A stretch of DNA of 63,998 bases, the filler included, from Piptocephalis cylindrospora (Eukaryota), in NCBI GenBank assembly GCA_003614145.1. It is 14 parts of 14 records of this genome, joined end to end, with 100 filler letters (N's around TTAATTAATTAA, not from the genome) between each part and the next. Parts side by side here need not be neighbours in the genome. Positions count along the whole stretch, not along the records: positions 13,909 to 18,423 come from KZ988513.1; positions 18,524 to 23,033 come from KZ988514.1; positions 23,134 to 27,633 come from KZ988515.1; 11 more parts are not named here. The stretch is one strand, 5' to 3'. Below the pieces are notes generated by a model, which made no database searches, was not told the DNA's origin, and saw nothing but the letters and a program-made list of their open reading frames with translations. Of this stretch, positions 15,445 to 27,733 are shown in pieces; position 1 is the stretch's first letter, and each line of letters starts with the position of its first letter. Made by a program: the position numbers and the translations under genes.

Positions 15445-15992
15445 GGTGTTATGGCTCAGAGGGGGGGAAACGATTGGGAAGAAAGGGGAAGGAGGCAAAG
15501 GGACGACGAATGGAGGGGTGGCTATCTGTTGTTGCTCCTGTGTTGGAGAAAGATGAGGGCAGTGAATTTTTTTTCTTTTTTTGCATAGCACTCTGCCTCA
15601 CACTTTGAGCCTGCTGCATCTTTTGCAGTGTCCCATATCGCCCTTCTCTCCCTATTGCAGTGTAAGTTTGTGCAGGGATGCTGTGCACACAAGGTGCAGT
15701 TCACTGCTTTTCCCCAGGCATCTGATTGTGGTGACTCATACAGCAACAGGACTAAAGGTCACAGCATATTGACTGAGCAGTTTGGGTCATTATGGGTTCA
15801 ATTCAATACATGCATTGCCATCCCAACAGGGGTCAAATATGATGACCATGTAAAGTTGCAACGACAACTCCTCCCATTTCATCTCCTCGTCCTTATGTCC
15901 TTTCCACCACTCTTCCTAAAAGAAAGAGAAATCGAAAAATTGAACCGCCAATACTCCAATCTCTCTCATCCATCCTTCATTGTCATGATCAC

Positions 15993-16934
15993 TCATCCAC
16001 GGCGCAGATTATCCAATCTGGCTTGAAGAGCTGCATCATCCGCACTCATCCCGGCCGTGGATCCGGGAGCGCTTTCGCCCTCGGCCACAGCCTGTCTTGG
16101 ATTGACCTCGGATTGCTGCTGAAGCCCAGTGGGTGCCGAAGTGAGCTATTAGCCGTGTTGAACGAGAAGGTAAAATGAGTCGATATGTGGGAGCTGTCTT
16201 CATATGAGCCTGTCCCATTCCCTTTACTGACCGATTGATCTAGATTGATTCCAATCTCATCCAGTACCTGCTGGACAATGGCCTCCTCCTCCTCCTCATC
16301 CTCGTCTCCCTCCATGACATCGTCCATGGTATCAGACATCATCTCCTCCTTCATGTCCATAGCTTCGCTTTCCATCTCAAATTCCATCATGATTTTTTGA
16401 ATGGCAGGTAAGTTCATCCGGCGATTCATCGACTTCATAGCCTAATGCCATCATTACAGGAAAGAGGAAGGTGATAAGCCGACGGGGCTATTCATTACAA
16501 AAAACACACTTTTACCTTGGTGGCTCCGTGCATGGCCTCAGCCATTTGCTGGTTGGACCGTAGAGTTTGAATCCGTAGGGATACAGCCTGGAGCTGTGTA
16601 CGCATCTGCGTGAACTTTTGGACGTAACTTCTCGTCCGAACCAAGTCCTTCGCCATGACCCTAAGAGCTCCCTAAGATGGAGAGATGTTGTTGATCAGTG
16701 AATTTACTCCTATTCCCCTTTCTCCTCATCAGCCCTTTCCCACGATTCTAGCCCCAGTATTACGTTCTGCCCATCTTTGGCTGCCTTTTTAATATCCATC
16801 ACCAACTTCTTCTCCTGTCCCTCCAGCCTACCGCGCTCCCTATCCAATTCCCGCTGAGCCTTATTCAAGGCCCTTTGGTGTTGACGAAGCATCTCGGCCG
16901 GGGTCTTCCTGGACCCAAAGATACTGCTGAGCAT
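15993..16934 (-). CDS. DID4: ESCRT-III subunit Vps2/Did4 (CHMP2A)
   Basis: KTPAEMLRQHQRALNKAQRELDRER, MAKDLVRTR, MNLPAIQKIMMEFE, C-terminal LQARLDNLRR; three introns. Confidence 0.95.
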
Positions 16935-18646
16935 GGCAGAAGAGGTGAAAAGAATGTGTGTAGGGGGCGTTTACTAAAGAAATGAAAGACCTTGGCCGGC
17001 TGATGCGAATCACGAATGGAAAGTGAAGGGGGATGGAATGGATGAGTAAAGCATACTGCTCCCTTATCCTGACCTAGCCTGCCCTGATCTTCAAATTGTC
17101 CCCCACACACCCATGCTCAAAGTGGCATAGTATGATGCTCTGCATGGGGTGGGAGGAGAATAAGGGCCTCACAGCATAATTAAGGTCCGCCGCTCCACTC
17201 TCGCTCTCCATACTGCGCCTTATCAACAGGCAGCTTCAGCTTTTGTAAAGCCTGCTCAGTATTTGCTAAAGATTGCCTCGTTCTTCACATCAGGAGTGAT
17301 TGACTTAAAGGTTTCAGGATATTCACGTGTTTACTGAGCCAGTTTCCTCTCGAGTCCATCTGAATTCCCATCCTTTGACCGTCTCCCTCCTCGCCATCAT
17401 GACCAAATTATCGAAGCGTGCACCTTACAGATGCACATTAGGGGTATGCTCCTGGTACCACACAGGTCAGCCCTACGGGCAGCGATGCGTTCGGAGGCCC
17501 AAATGCCTACCCCATCGGGGAAATAGAATGGTTTTATCATCATCGAAGCATGCGCCCGAGAATGATGGTCCCAAGTCACCAATACAGAAAATAAATGCTG
17601 CATTCAGCCCTCATTGACATCTCCCTATTGCAGTATGCATAAACCCTCCCTCCATTTTGAAAGAAGGGTCTCCTAGCTAGCCTTCCACCAGAAGAAAGTA
17701 ATCTGAATACGTACGCTCATCAAACGCACCAACTTCAGCGTTCACTTTCTCACTACCGATGGATATAAAACCATATATTTCATCATTTTGGCAGAGGTAG
17801 CCCCTCAATACTACCCATTGACCCTTCTGTTTGAGGGGAGAGAAAGGGATATTTTATTGCACTGGATAGCTTCAGACATGCACCTTATACTACGTCCTTC
17901 TGTCTGAGAAAACGTCTCATTCAATAGCGATCAACCTGAAATGTCGTTCAGGATTTTCGTGTTTTACACTCCGCTTAATTCTCATTCCGATTCATCAATC
18001 TTGCTGTCCTACTGGTGTATTCAGATCTGCAATGAGTCACTCTCTTCGCCTTGCCCTGTTAGTCTTTGAGTCGCCGACACCCTTCTTTCTCCAGATCATT
18101 GGTTCCTCTCGCATCTTCCTTCTCCAATCCCCGTCAAACCCTCCATCTGGTCGCCACTTCGGATGGGTCCATGGGGGTCAAGATAGGGTCTCCTTCCCTT
18201 TGGACCCTGGGGACGCGCCCTCCTTGTCCTATCAACCTGGCAGGGAGGAGATGCACGTGGGAGGGGTAGTTAGGCATGATACTCTGAAAGGGCGTAAGGA
18301 TCTAGCAAGTCCTCCCTGATGGATTCGACCTTGAGGTTCCCTATATTTATCTATCTCACCATCCAGGCTTATCCCTTGACCATGCTGGATCAGGGAGCGT
18401 GTGGGGTTTATAAAGACCCTCTTNNNNNNNNNNNNNNNNNNNNNNNNNNNNNNNNNNNNNNNNNNNNTTAATTAATTAANNNNNNNNNNNNNNNNNNNNN
18501 NNNNNNNNNNNNNNNNNNNNNNNTTTTCCAAACGGATACTTATCCCCAAAGCCTGCATTTTGGGGCTTTCTGAGAAAAAATCAGAACGCTTCACTCATAC
18601 TGAGGGGCAGGAGGGGGGGGGGGGGGGGGGGGGGGGGGATCGCTCA

Positions 18647-20296
18647 CCTGCTGAAGAGCATGCAGCTGCTGCTTAGCCGTCTCATCCCAGGCATGGCTGT
18701 AAAGTCTTGCTTGCCGAGAGATGGTGGCTAGATGGATTTCCTGGGCCAGAGCCTGAAAATCCTGACCAGTAGGAGGGACTGGGGCTGGAGAGGCCGATTT
18801 AGTCATGGCATTTAGCACGGATTGAATCTGGTCATGGGAGGGGAGAGAGGAAGGAAGGGATGAGTATGTGGTGCATTTGGTAAAGATGGTAAGGGATGAG
18901 AAGTGGAGGAAAAAGGATGGAGAAAAAGATGGACACAACGGAAAAAAAGAAGGGATAATGGACTGGCTCTTGAGGATGCAAAGGAAAATATACACACTAT
19001 GTTCCATGCTACTACGAAGATGGAGGAAGCGTATATCCGTGATGTCCCCTAATGACCCAAGGGAATCAACAAGGACAAGGATGATTAACGGACACGTGCG
19101 TACACACAAACGCGACGCCGCGTGCCTTTGAAAATCATTTTTGCTTCAAGATGCTCATCATCGTGTCTCCCTACACTAATAGTGCTTGTCCATTCAGGCC
19201 CACTCAACTCGGTATCCACTAGGACAGTCTCGTGATTATGCCATGCAAGGCCCCCAAGGATCACCTTCCTCCCTTGGAGGAAGGGTGCTTTCAAGCAAGC
19301 CCATTAGGGGGTGGGGGAGGAGGTGAAAGGGACGGAAAGAACGAGATCGTATTTTTGAAGGGGGTGGCGGCAAGTGAATGCACGAGGGAGGGGGGGAGAG
19401 AGGGTGATAGGGGAACCTGATCCCACGCCCCCTTCTCCCCCCATCCCTCCCATCTCTTTATAGATCATCTTTGGGTCTCAAGGGGCAAGTACACAGGGAA
19501 AAGGGGCAAAGACTCTATACGCTAGAAAATGGGAAAGACAGACAAGACCTACCTTTTGAAGATCGGTTATAGGAACGTTGCTGGAGGAGACTGAGGCCGG
19601 AGCAGGGCTCTGGGAAGGGGCCGGAGCAGTCGCTACATATTGAGGAAGGGAAGGGGGAAGAGTAGATGAGGGGAGGGAGGCTTTATTGTACCCCGGGGCA
19701 AAAGGAACCCAATCCCACCCTGGGATTCCCCCACCCTGTGCTGAAGAGGACAACTCCACCCTACCCTGTGAAGAAGGTAAACCGATGGGCTTGGCAAACC
19801 CCTGAGGGGGGTAGGCTGGGGCCGCGATTGTGTGCATCATGGGTGGCAGATGCCGATCGATCTGCTTAAAGACATGCTTGGGAAACAAGGGGCCCTGTGG
19901 GCCAGATTTCCAAGTTCCAAGGAGTCTCTCGAGCCGACGGCGCGTATCTGGGTCCTTGGCAATGCCAAATGTGTCAAGGAAGATGGAGGAGACGGAGTGG
20001 GAGAAAATACGGGTGTAAACAGAGCCAACATTCTTGCAGATGGAATCCATAAGGTACAGAGAGGGGAGGCGAATCTCAGCAGAGGACTGGATCCGGATGT
20101 GTTCGACCAAAGCCTCGGCCACAGCAGGGGCTACAGCGATGTACTCCCCAGCCAGAATGGAAAGGGAGGTGATGAGGGGCTTGGAATTGAAAGTCAGCTC
20201 ACGCAACTTGTGCAGAAAGGTGCTTCTTGCCGCATCCTCGTTCCTGTGAGCAAGTGCACCATTTTGACCCTTCTGAGTGGCCATGAAAGTGGACAT
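18647..20296 (-). CDS. PCF11: Cleavage/polyadenylation factor Pcf11 (CID domain), 3' partial
   Basis: LRELTFNSKPLITSLSILA, LPSLYLMDSICKNVG; exon 1 20296-19553, intron 19552-18828, exon 2 from 18827 in frame (DLQK|IQSVLNAM) ending at a GTGAGC donor. Confidence 0.88.
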
Positions 20297-23200
20297 GTGT
20301 GTGAAGAGTGTTGATGAAAGGAGGGGGGGATGGGTGGGTAAAGGGGAATTACTCTGAAAGAAATGCCGGATGGTTGATGTCCTGATCAGTAAATACTTTC
20401 CAGATAAAGTCAAAAAAATATTCCTTTAGGAAGAAAGAAGGCCAGGAAGGGGAAAGGGGTGGGGGCAGGAGAGAAAGGAGGGAGGGGATGAGGAAAAGAT
20501 GGGCTTATGTTCAGTTGTATTGCACCTTGTTCACCACAAGGTTCTTTGGGCTTTCAAGAGAAGGCTGGTCTCTTGGAAAGATCACAAGCGATGGGAATGG
20601 AGAGAAGAGAGATGAGTGAAAAGGGAAAAAAGGGGGGAGAGAGTGAAGAGAGGTAAAGTGGGGCGGGACGTGGGTGCCACACCCTCGCCGTCCACCTTTA
20701 TACCTGCCCTTCACTGACACTGCCTTCCCCTCGGGTGCGAGACTGTCCGTAATGTGTGTGTGAAGGCAGCGTATTGGGGGGGGGAGGGCAATGGGAAAGT
20801 AGTGGTGTGGCGGTTAAATGCTTATGGGAGCTTTTTTGATGATGTGTGTGCTGCTACGAAGACAGGATTGGGGGGGAGACAATGTGTGGCAGAAAAGACT
20901 GACGCCTTAACGCCTAGGCCGAGAGGGAGAGAGAGGCCCTACTGATGCTTTGATTGGACAGGATATTCCTAGCTATTTTCGGAGTGAGAGAGTATAATTT
21001 TATTGAAAAATCGAAAATTGAACAGGTAAGTCAGCCTAATGGGCTATTTCTGATTCGGACGATGAAATTTGGTCCAATACACTTTCACTGTTTATGATGA
21101 TAAATGCGTACGCATTCATAAGCGGGCATCCCTTCTGCATTAGGTTTTATCCACCCTAGTCCCGTTTCCCTAGTTCAAACGATCCAAAATTTGAATAGTA
21201 CGTCATTCTCTAGGAAAATAATTTTAATATAACATATTCGCCTACTCCTAGAGCATTTCTTTTGCAAAAACGGCAAATATAAAAGTGTTTGATCAATTTT
21301 AACAATGAGGATCGGTCCTTGTATGGGGTGGCGTCATTTATTTAAAAAGGACGACTGTGCATCTTGATCTGAGGACAAATCCATTCTTAGAGCATGTCGA
21401 ATAAATGATCTATCCACAAAAGGAAGCCATCTACTCGGTGAAAAAGAATTAGTTCATTTTATCCTTCAGATCCCCCGTTCATCTCTTTGCGCTTCTGCCC
21501 CATCCCCAAGTCCTGCGATGAAAGCCAAAAGATCCGCTACAGTACCCTCGTTGAATCATCGCCTATGCTCCTCCTGATGATGCACTCCATGAATGGAGTG
21601 CCATGGGATGATGTTTTATTTTTCCTTCGGCGTCCCCTCATCCGTCCCTCTCTCCTGAAAGGAGGCTCGATGATTGAAGGGATGGTGATCAGATGGGGTC
21701 TCTTCATCTCATTTCGCCTCACCTCACCTCATCTCACCTCACCTCACTTTACACAAACCAAACCATCTATCTCAATCCACACCCCTCCCTATTCAGGAGA
21801 AGCTCAAAGGTGCTCAAACCACCTTCAAGGAGAGACCAACGCTCTTTCAACATGGGTGGGGAAGCGTGTGTCATCCTCTGCTCATACCAAACACAGATAG
21901 GGGAATTTCACCTGAATAGCCTACATTCACCAATCCTTTGGAGAATAAGTGGTTTTGCCTACCCCCTCACATGTTCCCTGCTTCTAGCAATTCTGGGCCC
22001 ATTTGCAGCGCATACCCTACCCTGGCTGCTAATGTTCAGTGAATGCATTCTGGGCCCATCGCATCCCTCCCCTGGCCAGTCCGATAACTCATCTATGCTT
22101 ACACTGGTTCAGCCATCTTCGTCTATCTTATCCTATCCTACCCTATCCTGTCCTCACCCCTTCCTTCGAGCTCCGACATCTCCTTCCCCTCTCGTTCTGT
22201 CATCTGGCTTCTTCCATTTCAAATGCAGCCTCACCGCCGTGAATCCCCCGTACCTGCTGACTGGTTAAGGGGGGAGGAGTTGCTCTCCCTCAATGTGGTG
22301 GGACCAAAGGGTGGTTGCGTGTGTTGCAGTCCTGTCTCTCCTCTCTCCCCCAACCTTGCTGCTTTCCTTTGTGTGTTGTTGCGGCTGCGTTCGTGGTCGG
22401 GGTGATGACAGTGACGGTAGGGTCTGCCCTCATCCCCTCGTCACTCTCTGTAATACCGGTCCATGAGTGAACCAACGACCAAAGCCACAGACACACATGC
22501 TGTTGCTGTTGTTGTTGTTACACCCGCTGCTCTCCTACGTCCTCCATCTCCTCCCATGACTTGAGAGATATCCAGTGAGGGGGGAATGGAGGACGATCCT
22601 TACCCACAATGTGTATGGGCAAATGGAGGCACCACGGGTTCTAACGGAGTCCACAAGGCCAATGGTCCTTCACCTGGCTGAGCTGGGGTGGGGCAAGGTG
22701 GGACAGGGACGGGTGGAGTGTCCCACCGTCATCCGCTCTTCTACTCCGCTCCTCTTCTCTAGGAGGGAGAGGAGGATTGTAGGAGAAAGAGAGGTAAACG
22801 GAGTGTGTCGTAAGAGCATGATGATGCTCTTCCTCTCTCTTCCTCTCTCTCCCTTTCTCTCACTCTACCCTCCTTGCACTCTCTTTCACCTCCACTAAGC
22901 CTCTCCCCTACGTTACTCGTCCATCTCTCCCCCCCTTTTTCCGTCCAGAAGCCTCTGTCATCTCTCCTCCTTGCCTCCCCCTCATTCTTTTTTTCCTCTT
23001 CTCTTCTCTTCCTCCCTCTTATCTTCTTCTCTCNNNNNNNNNNNNNNNNNNNNNNNNNNNNNNNNNNNNNNNNNNNNTTAATTAATTAANNNNNNNNNNN
23101 NNNNNNNNNNNNNNNNNNNNNNNNNNNNNNNNNATGGTCGGGTCTATCAAGGAACCTTGATTCTTAATCTCAACATTGGGAGCATGCAGTGGCGGAAGGT

Positions 23201-23650
23201 CAAGAGAAGGGTCAGGGTCAATCGGGCACCTGAGAGCAATTGGACGACTTCTTAAGGTGGTGTTCGTCATGCGGATGAGAGACACTCGTATTATTTTTTA
23301 GTAGAACCTAACTTACTGCGGATTGATATGAGTGTGACATGAGGGTATTATTGCTTGAAGCGTGTGTAGGATGAGGAGGGTATGTCCATACCATTTACCC
23401 ACCCTTGCTATAAACACAATGGATAGGGCGTACAATGCTCCATGAGCGATCATCTGGGTACAAATAGCGGTCAATTTCTGGCGCTCATTTGCTTTTTATG
23501 GCGCATTGTAGATTCATCTACAATGATATCAGCACATACAACTTCCATCCAGATTACCACAGCAAGCTAACCTGAACCAAAGATGAAATTTATTTGAACA
23601 GGAATGATTTTCCACGCTGACATCAACCACAGGAGTAACATGTACTAGCT

Positions 23651-25087
23651 TCACTTCAAAAAGCCCTTGCCCTTGCACTCAGAATACGGACTACCATCGC
23701 ACACGGCATACATGGGAGACCCAGTCAAGGGATACATGTCATAGGGGGTGGTGTAGAAGCCAGGCTCGTAGGGAAGGACCATACGGAGGTACTTAGTAAG
23801 AGTATTGGATCCGATGGGCTTGAGATCCTTGATGCCATTGTCCTGGAAGAACATCTGAGGATATTCACGATAGTTGAAGGGGGCACCTTCCTTGGTCTGG
23901 ATGAGTTGAGTGTCACTGAGGAGGGCGGCGAAAAGACCAGCGGCAAAGGCCGTGGCATGACTAGTCCCGCTCCCGTAGACCATCTCGTACTTTTGGTTAT
24001 ATGATTTGATCTTCTCTCCAGGGGCGGCAAGGGAACCACAGTTACCGGTGTAGGCAAAGGAGGATATAGTCTTGTTGACATTATGAGCCGTGATAGGCAC
24101 CGAGATTCCCAGGTAATTGGGCGAGTAGTAGCACGAATCACCACCACCGGCAGCATTCCCGGAGGCCGAGACAATGAGGTTGCGAAAGAGGAGAGATTCC
24201 GTAGTACTTCCTGGGGCTGGGGCCTTGTAGTAGGCGAGGAGAGCAGCATCTAGGGTGTCATCGTAGATACCATTCACGGTGTCGTTGGCTGGGGTGAAAA
24301 CCGAGGAGAGACTGATGAGGGATCGGTGGTCCTTCAAAGGTCCGCTCTCCATATCCTGCCAGGTCCACTGGAAGGCAGCTAGGACAAAGCTGTGGAAGGT
24401 AATACCCCACTTGCCAAAGGTCTTGACCGAGGTGATCTTGACATCCTTGGTGACTCCATACATGGTGCTTCCGATGATTGAGGCCATCATAGTCCCATGG
24501 CCATTGAGATCGTCAATGATGAGATCCATACTAAAGTTGGGGGCAAACCGCAGGCGACTGCCGTACTCGGTGGTGTTGGGGGTGACCCCGGTGTCCAGGA
24601 CGTACACATTTACTCCCTTCCCGGTGTGACGGGTAAGGTATTGGAAATCATGGTACCGATCACCCACCAACTTTTCCCCTCCGTAAATATTGAGAGCGGC
24701 TAGACCCCATGCGGCATTGTCCTGGCAAATGGCTCCGGTACCGCAGCTTGCAATGTCCCAGGAGGAGAGATAGCCTTTTCGATTGACTCCAATACTCTTG
24801 ATCTTAGGGTCCTGGGCAAGCTGCTTGTACGTCTCGGTGGTCAGAGTCAGGGTGGCGCCGTAAAAGTCCTCTCCGATAGTGTATTGGGCCCCGAGGGTAT
24901 TATTCGAGGTTTTCTGCTTTGTATTGGCTGCAGACAGGGTGGATCGAAGGCTTGGAAAGTAAGTGGCAATATCAGTGGAGGGGTCCACGCGCATCACGTA
25001 TTCCTGGGTGTCAGCGACAGCCATGGGCGGAGCCAGGCTTACGCAAGCCACTAGGGCCATTAGGGTGGCTGAAGCGGTGAAGTGCAT
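23651..25087 (-). CDS. Secreted subtilisin-like serine protease (S8, proteinase K-like)
   Basis: Signal peptide, I9-like propeptide, triad VLDTG / NGHGT / GTSHA, oxyanion SASGN; intronless, 478 aa. Confidence 0.93.
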   Translation of the reverse strand: MHFTASATLMALVACVSLAPPMAVADTQEYVMRVDPSTDIATYFPSLRSTLSAANTKQKTSNNTLGAQYTIGEDFYGATLTLTTETYKQLAQDPKIKSIGVNRKGYLSSWDIASCGTGAICQDNAAWGLAALNIYGGEKLVGDRYHDFQYLTRHTGKGVNVYVLDTGVTPNTTEYGSRLRFAPNFSMDLIIDDLNGHGTMMASIIGSTMYGVTKDVKITSVKTFGKWGITFHSFVLAAFQWTWQDMESGPLKDHRSLISLSSVFTPANDTVNGIYDDTLDAALLAYYKAPAPGSTTESLLFRNLIVSASGNAAGGGDSCYYSPNYLGISVPITAHNVNKTISSFAYTGNCGSLAAPGEKIKSYNQKYEMVYGSGTSHATAFAAGLFAALLSDTQLIQTKEGAPFNYREYPQMFFQDNGIKDLKPIGSNTLTKYLRMVLPYEPGFYTTPYDMYPLTGSPMYAVCDGSPYSECKGKGFLK

Positions 25088-27733
25088 TGGGGCAGAATAG
25101 GGTGCAAGAATAGAGTAGGATGAGTATTAAGTTGATATCAAGATTGGACAGAGTTTAAAGGCGGAGGGGGTAAGAGGGTAAGAGGGAAGGAGGAGGGGGA
25201 GGGGGAGAGAGAGAAGAAGAGGGTAGGAGAGAAGAGAGCTTGAGGAGATTAGGAATCTATTTAACCGTCTTGAGACCTCGGGGACCGAGGTGGGAGAATG
25301 AATGGGCGATGACTGGGAAGTATGTTCATCCGTGGAGACCTTCCCATCGAAGCCCTGCTGGACTGGTCCATCCTTTTGAGGCTCTTTCGTGCATCGGAGC
25401 TGACAGGCCAAGGGGGTTCGGAGTAAGCACGAGGACACAAATCGGAGTTGGAAAGGCACTGGACTCATTGGTATACAGCCTGTGGAGTATCCGTTAGACT
25501 CGAATTCCTGAGTGGCTGATGAGGAGGGAGGGGGGCTGTATGTGCGTGTCTACCTGCGGTGAGAATTTCCAATGGCCTTGGGAAGGGCTGGGGAGCATCT
25601 CATCCTTGACCCTATTGAAAATCGTCCAAGGATCTATGGATAGGAGTATATCTGGCAAGCGTAGACAGAGCATCTCGTCGGTTTGATGGATATCCCGTTC
25701 ACGAGGACGAGGATGATCATTCAGTGATGGCATAGGTTTTTTAAGGGAGGAATATCAAGAGACTTCACTAACTATTGATTCGTCACCTTGAGAGCATCCA
25801 CTTGGTTGCCTCTATTTTATGTGCTTAAGGGTCATTGTGCATTGAATGAAAGCACGGCACGTACTCGGATACAACATAAAGTTATGAGAAATGGAGTAGC
25901 TATTATGAGTGTAAAAGCAAGCCTCTACCTAGGGAGTGGAGTGGATGATGACGATGATGAAAAGTGTTGTGTTTTCTCCAGGGGGGTGGGGTGGGGCGTG
26001 CGGGGAGAGATGCAAGTGCTTTATGTAGGCTCAGGGGGAAAGGGAGTAGATGACAGATGGGGAAGTGAGAAGGAAAGAAAGAGTGAAGAGGAAAGTAATG
26101 AAGTGTGTGTGGGTGGTCGTTGACAGGGGAAGATAGTCGATGGTGACGAGGGGGTGAGAGTGGCAGACTTGGGCTCTTTGGCGTGTAAAGTCAGCTCTCT
26201 CTCGGAGATTGGATAGCCTCGCCTCCTTGACCTAGGCGGTCTGGGACCACTTGTAGTAGTAACATGACAGGATCAGGCGTGTATGTGTGTGTTGCGTGTG
26301 GTGTGTGTTGCGTGTGGTGTGTGTGCGTGTAGGAGCGAATATTTGTATGTGTGTGCAGGCTTCGAGTGCGTGCTTGTATATGTGTGCATTAGAACAAAGC
26401 AGAAATGCGTATGAAGCTACATGCTAGGCCTGCCTACCATCCTATCCTGCTCCACTCCCCCCCCCTTTTTTATATAGCGATTTAGCACAGATAGAGACCT
26501 GGTCAGACAGGCTGGAGAGAGGCGTCGGAGGGGGAGTCCTTAATAAAGACTGGGGTAACTCTTCCTTCCTAACCGATGAACGGGGGATCCAGTCATGGAC
26601 AAAGAGAGACGTGTAAAGATCAAGGCAAAGCAATGACAGCGGTGCATGCTGACACCTGTCTTGACAGGCCCAGGAGGTGTAGGTAGGCAAGGCTAGCGCA
26701 TGGATGCACCCACCCATCCAGAGCGCCTTTTTGCCCTGATGAATAGAGATGATGAAGTATGGCGACGATGGTCACCTACTTCAGGGGATGCCCCGTAGAT
26801 GCGTGCAGCTGGTGTGAAAGGACATGTCGTGGGAAAAAAAATACCATATCCAAGGCCATCATGATGATCCATACTTCAAGGCACAAGGAACGTCACCTTG
26901 GGGGGATATACAGGAGGAAAAATGAATGTATAGTCCGTTGCGCTTGCCTTTTCCTCTCTGCACCATTAGGTACAGAATGCACTCATTCCTGCTGGAGTTG
27001 GAAGCATGTGCTCTACCCTTCAAGAGTCCTACGGGAGAAGGGCACAGGGTGCTGTGTTACCTAGTTTTGGAGGGACGTAGTGGAGAGCTCAACAGATGGA
27101 TCGCTGAAATACAGGCTATGTATCTCTCTCCTAGAAAGAAGAGCGATCAACGATACGAGCCCACGATGTAGAGTCAAGATAGGACATGGAGCATACATTT
27201 AATGAATCATGCATGCATTCTTATTGTTCAGGGGTGTTGAAAAGGTTGATATTGAACGTCATCTATGCTGACAACCGATCTATACTCTTTCTAAAATGGA
27301 AGTGATGGTTGGTTTAAAATTCGCATTACTTTCGTGGTGTGTAAGGGGCGACCGTTGGGAGTATACTACATGACTTTGTCTATTGCTTAGACAAGATGGT
27401 ACGCCAACCATCACATTGCGATTTTCCCGGGGATATCTTTTCAATTACTTGAGTTGGTGTGCTGGTCCTAACCATAATATCTTTGTTTATTCATAATCAA
27501 TGGTGACTATGACATAGTTGGTGGGTTTTCAGATATTAGTAATAGCAAATGTGACAGGCAATCAAGGAGGGAAGCTGCCCCGTGCATTTGGGATTGAGAC
27601 AGCCATAGCTCGAGCCCCGATCTCATACATGCGNNNNNNNNNNNNNNNNNNNNNNNNNNNNNNNNNNNNNNNNNNNNTTAATTAATTAANNNNNNNNNNN
27701 NNNNNNNNNNNNNNNNNNNNNNNNNNNNNNNNN

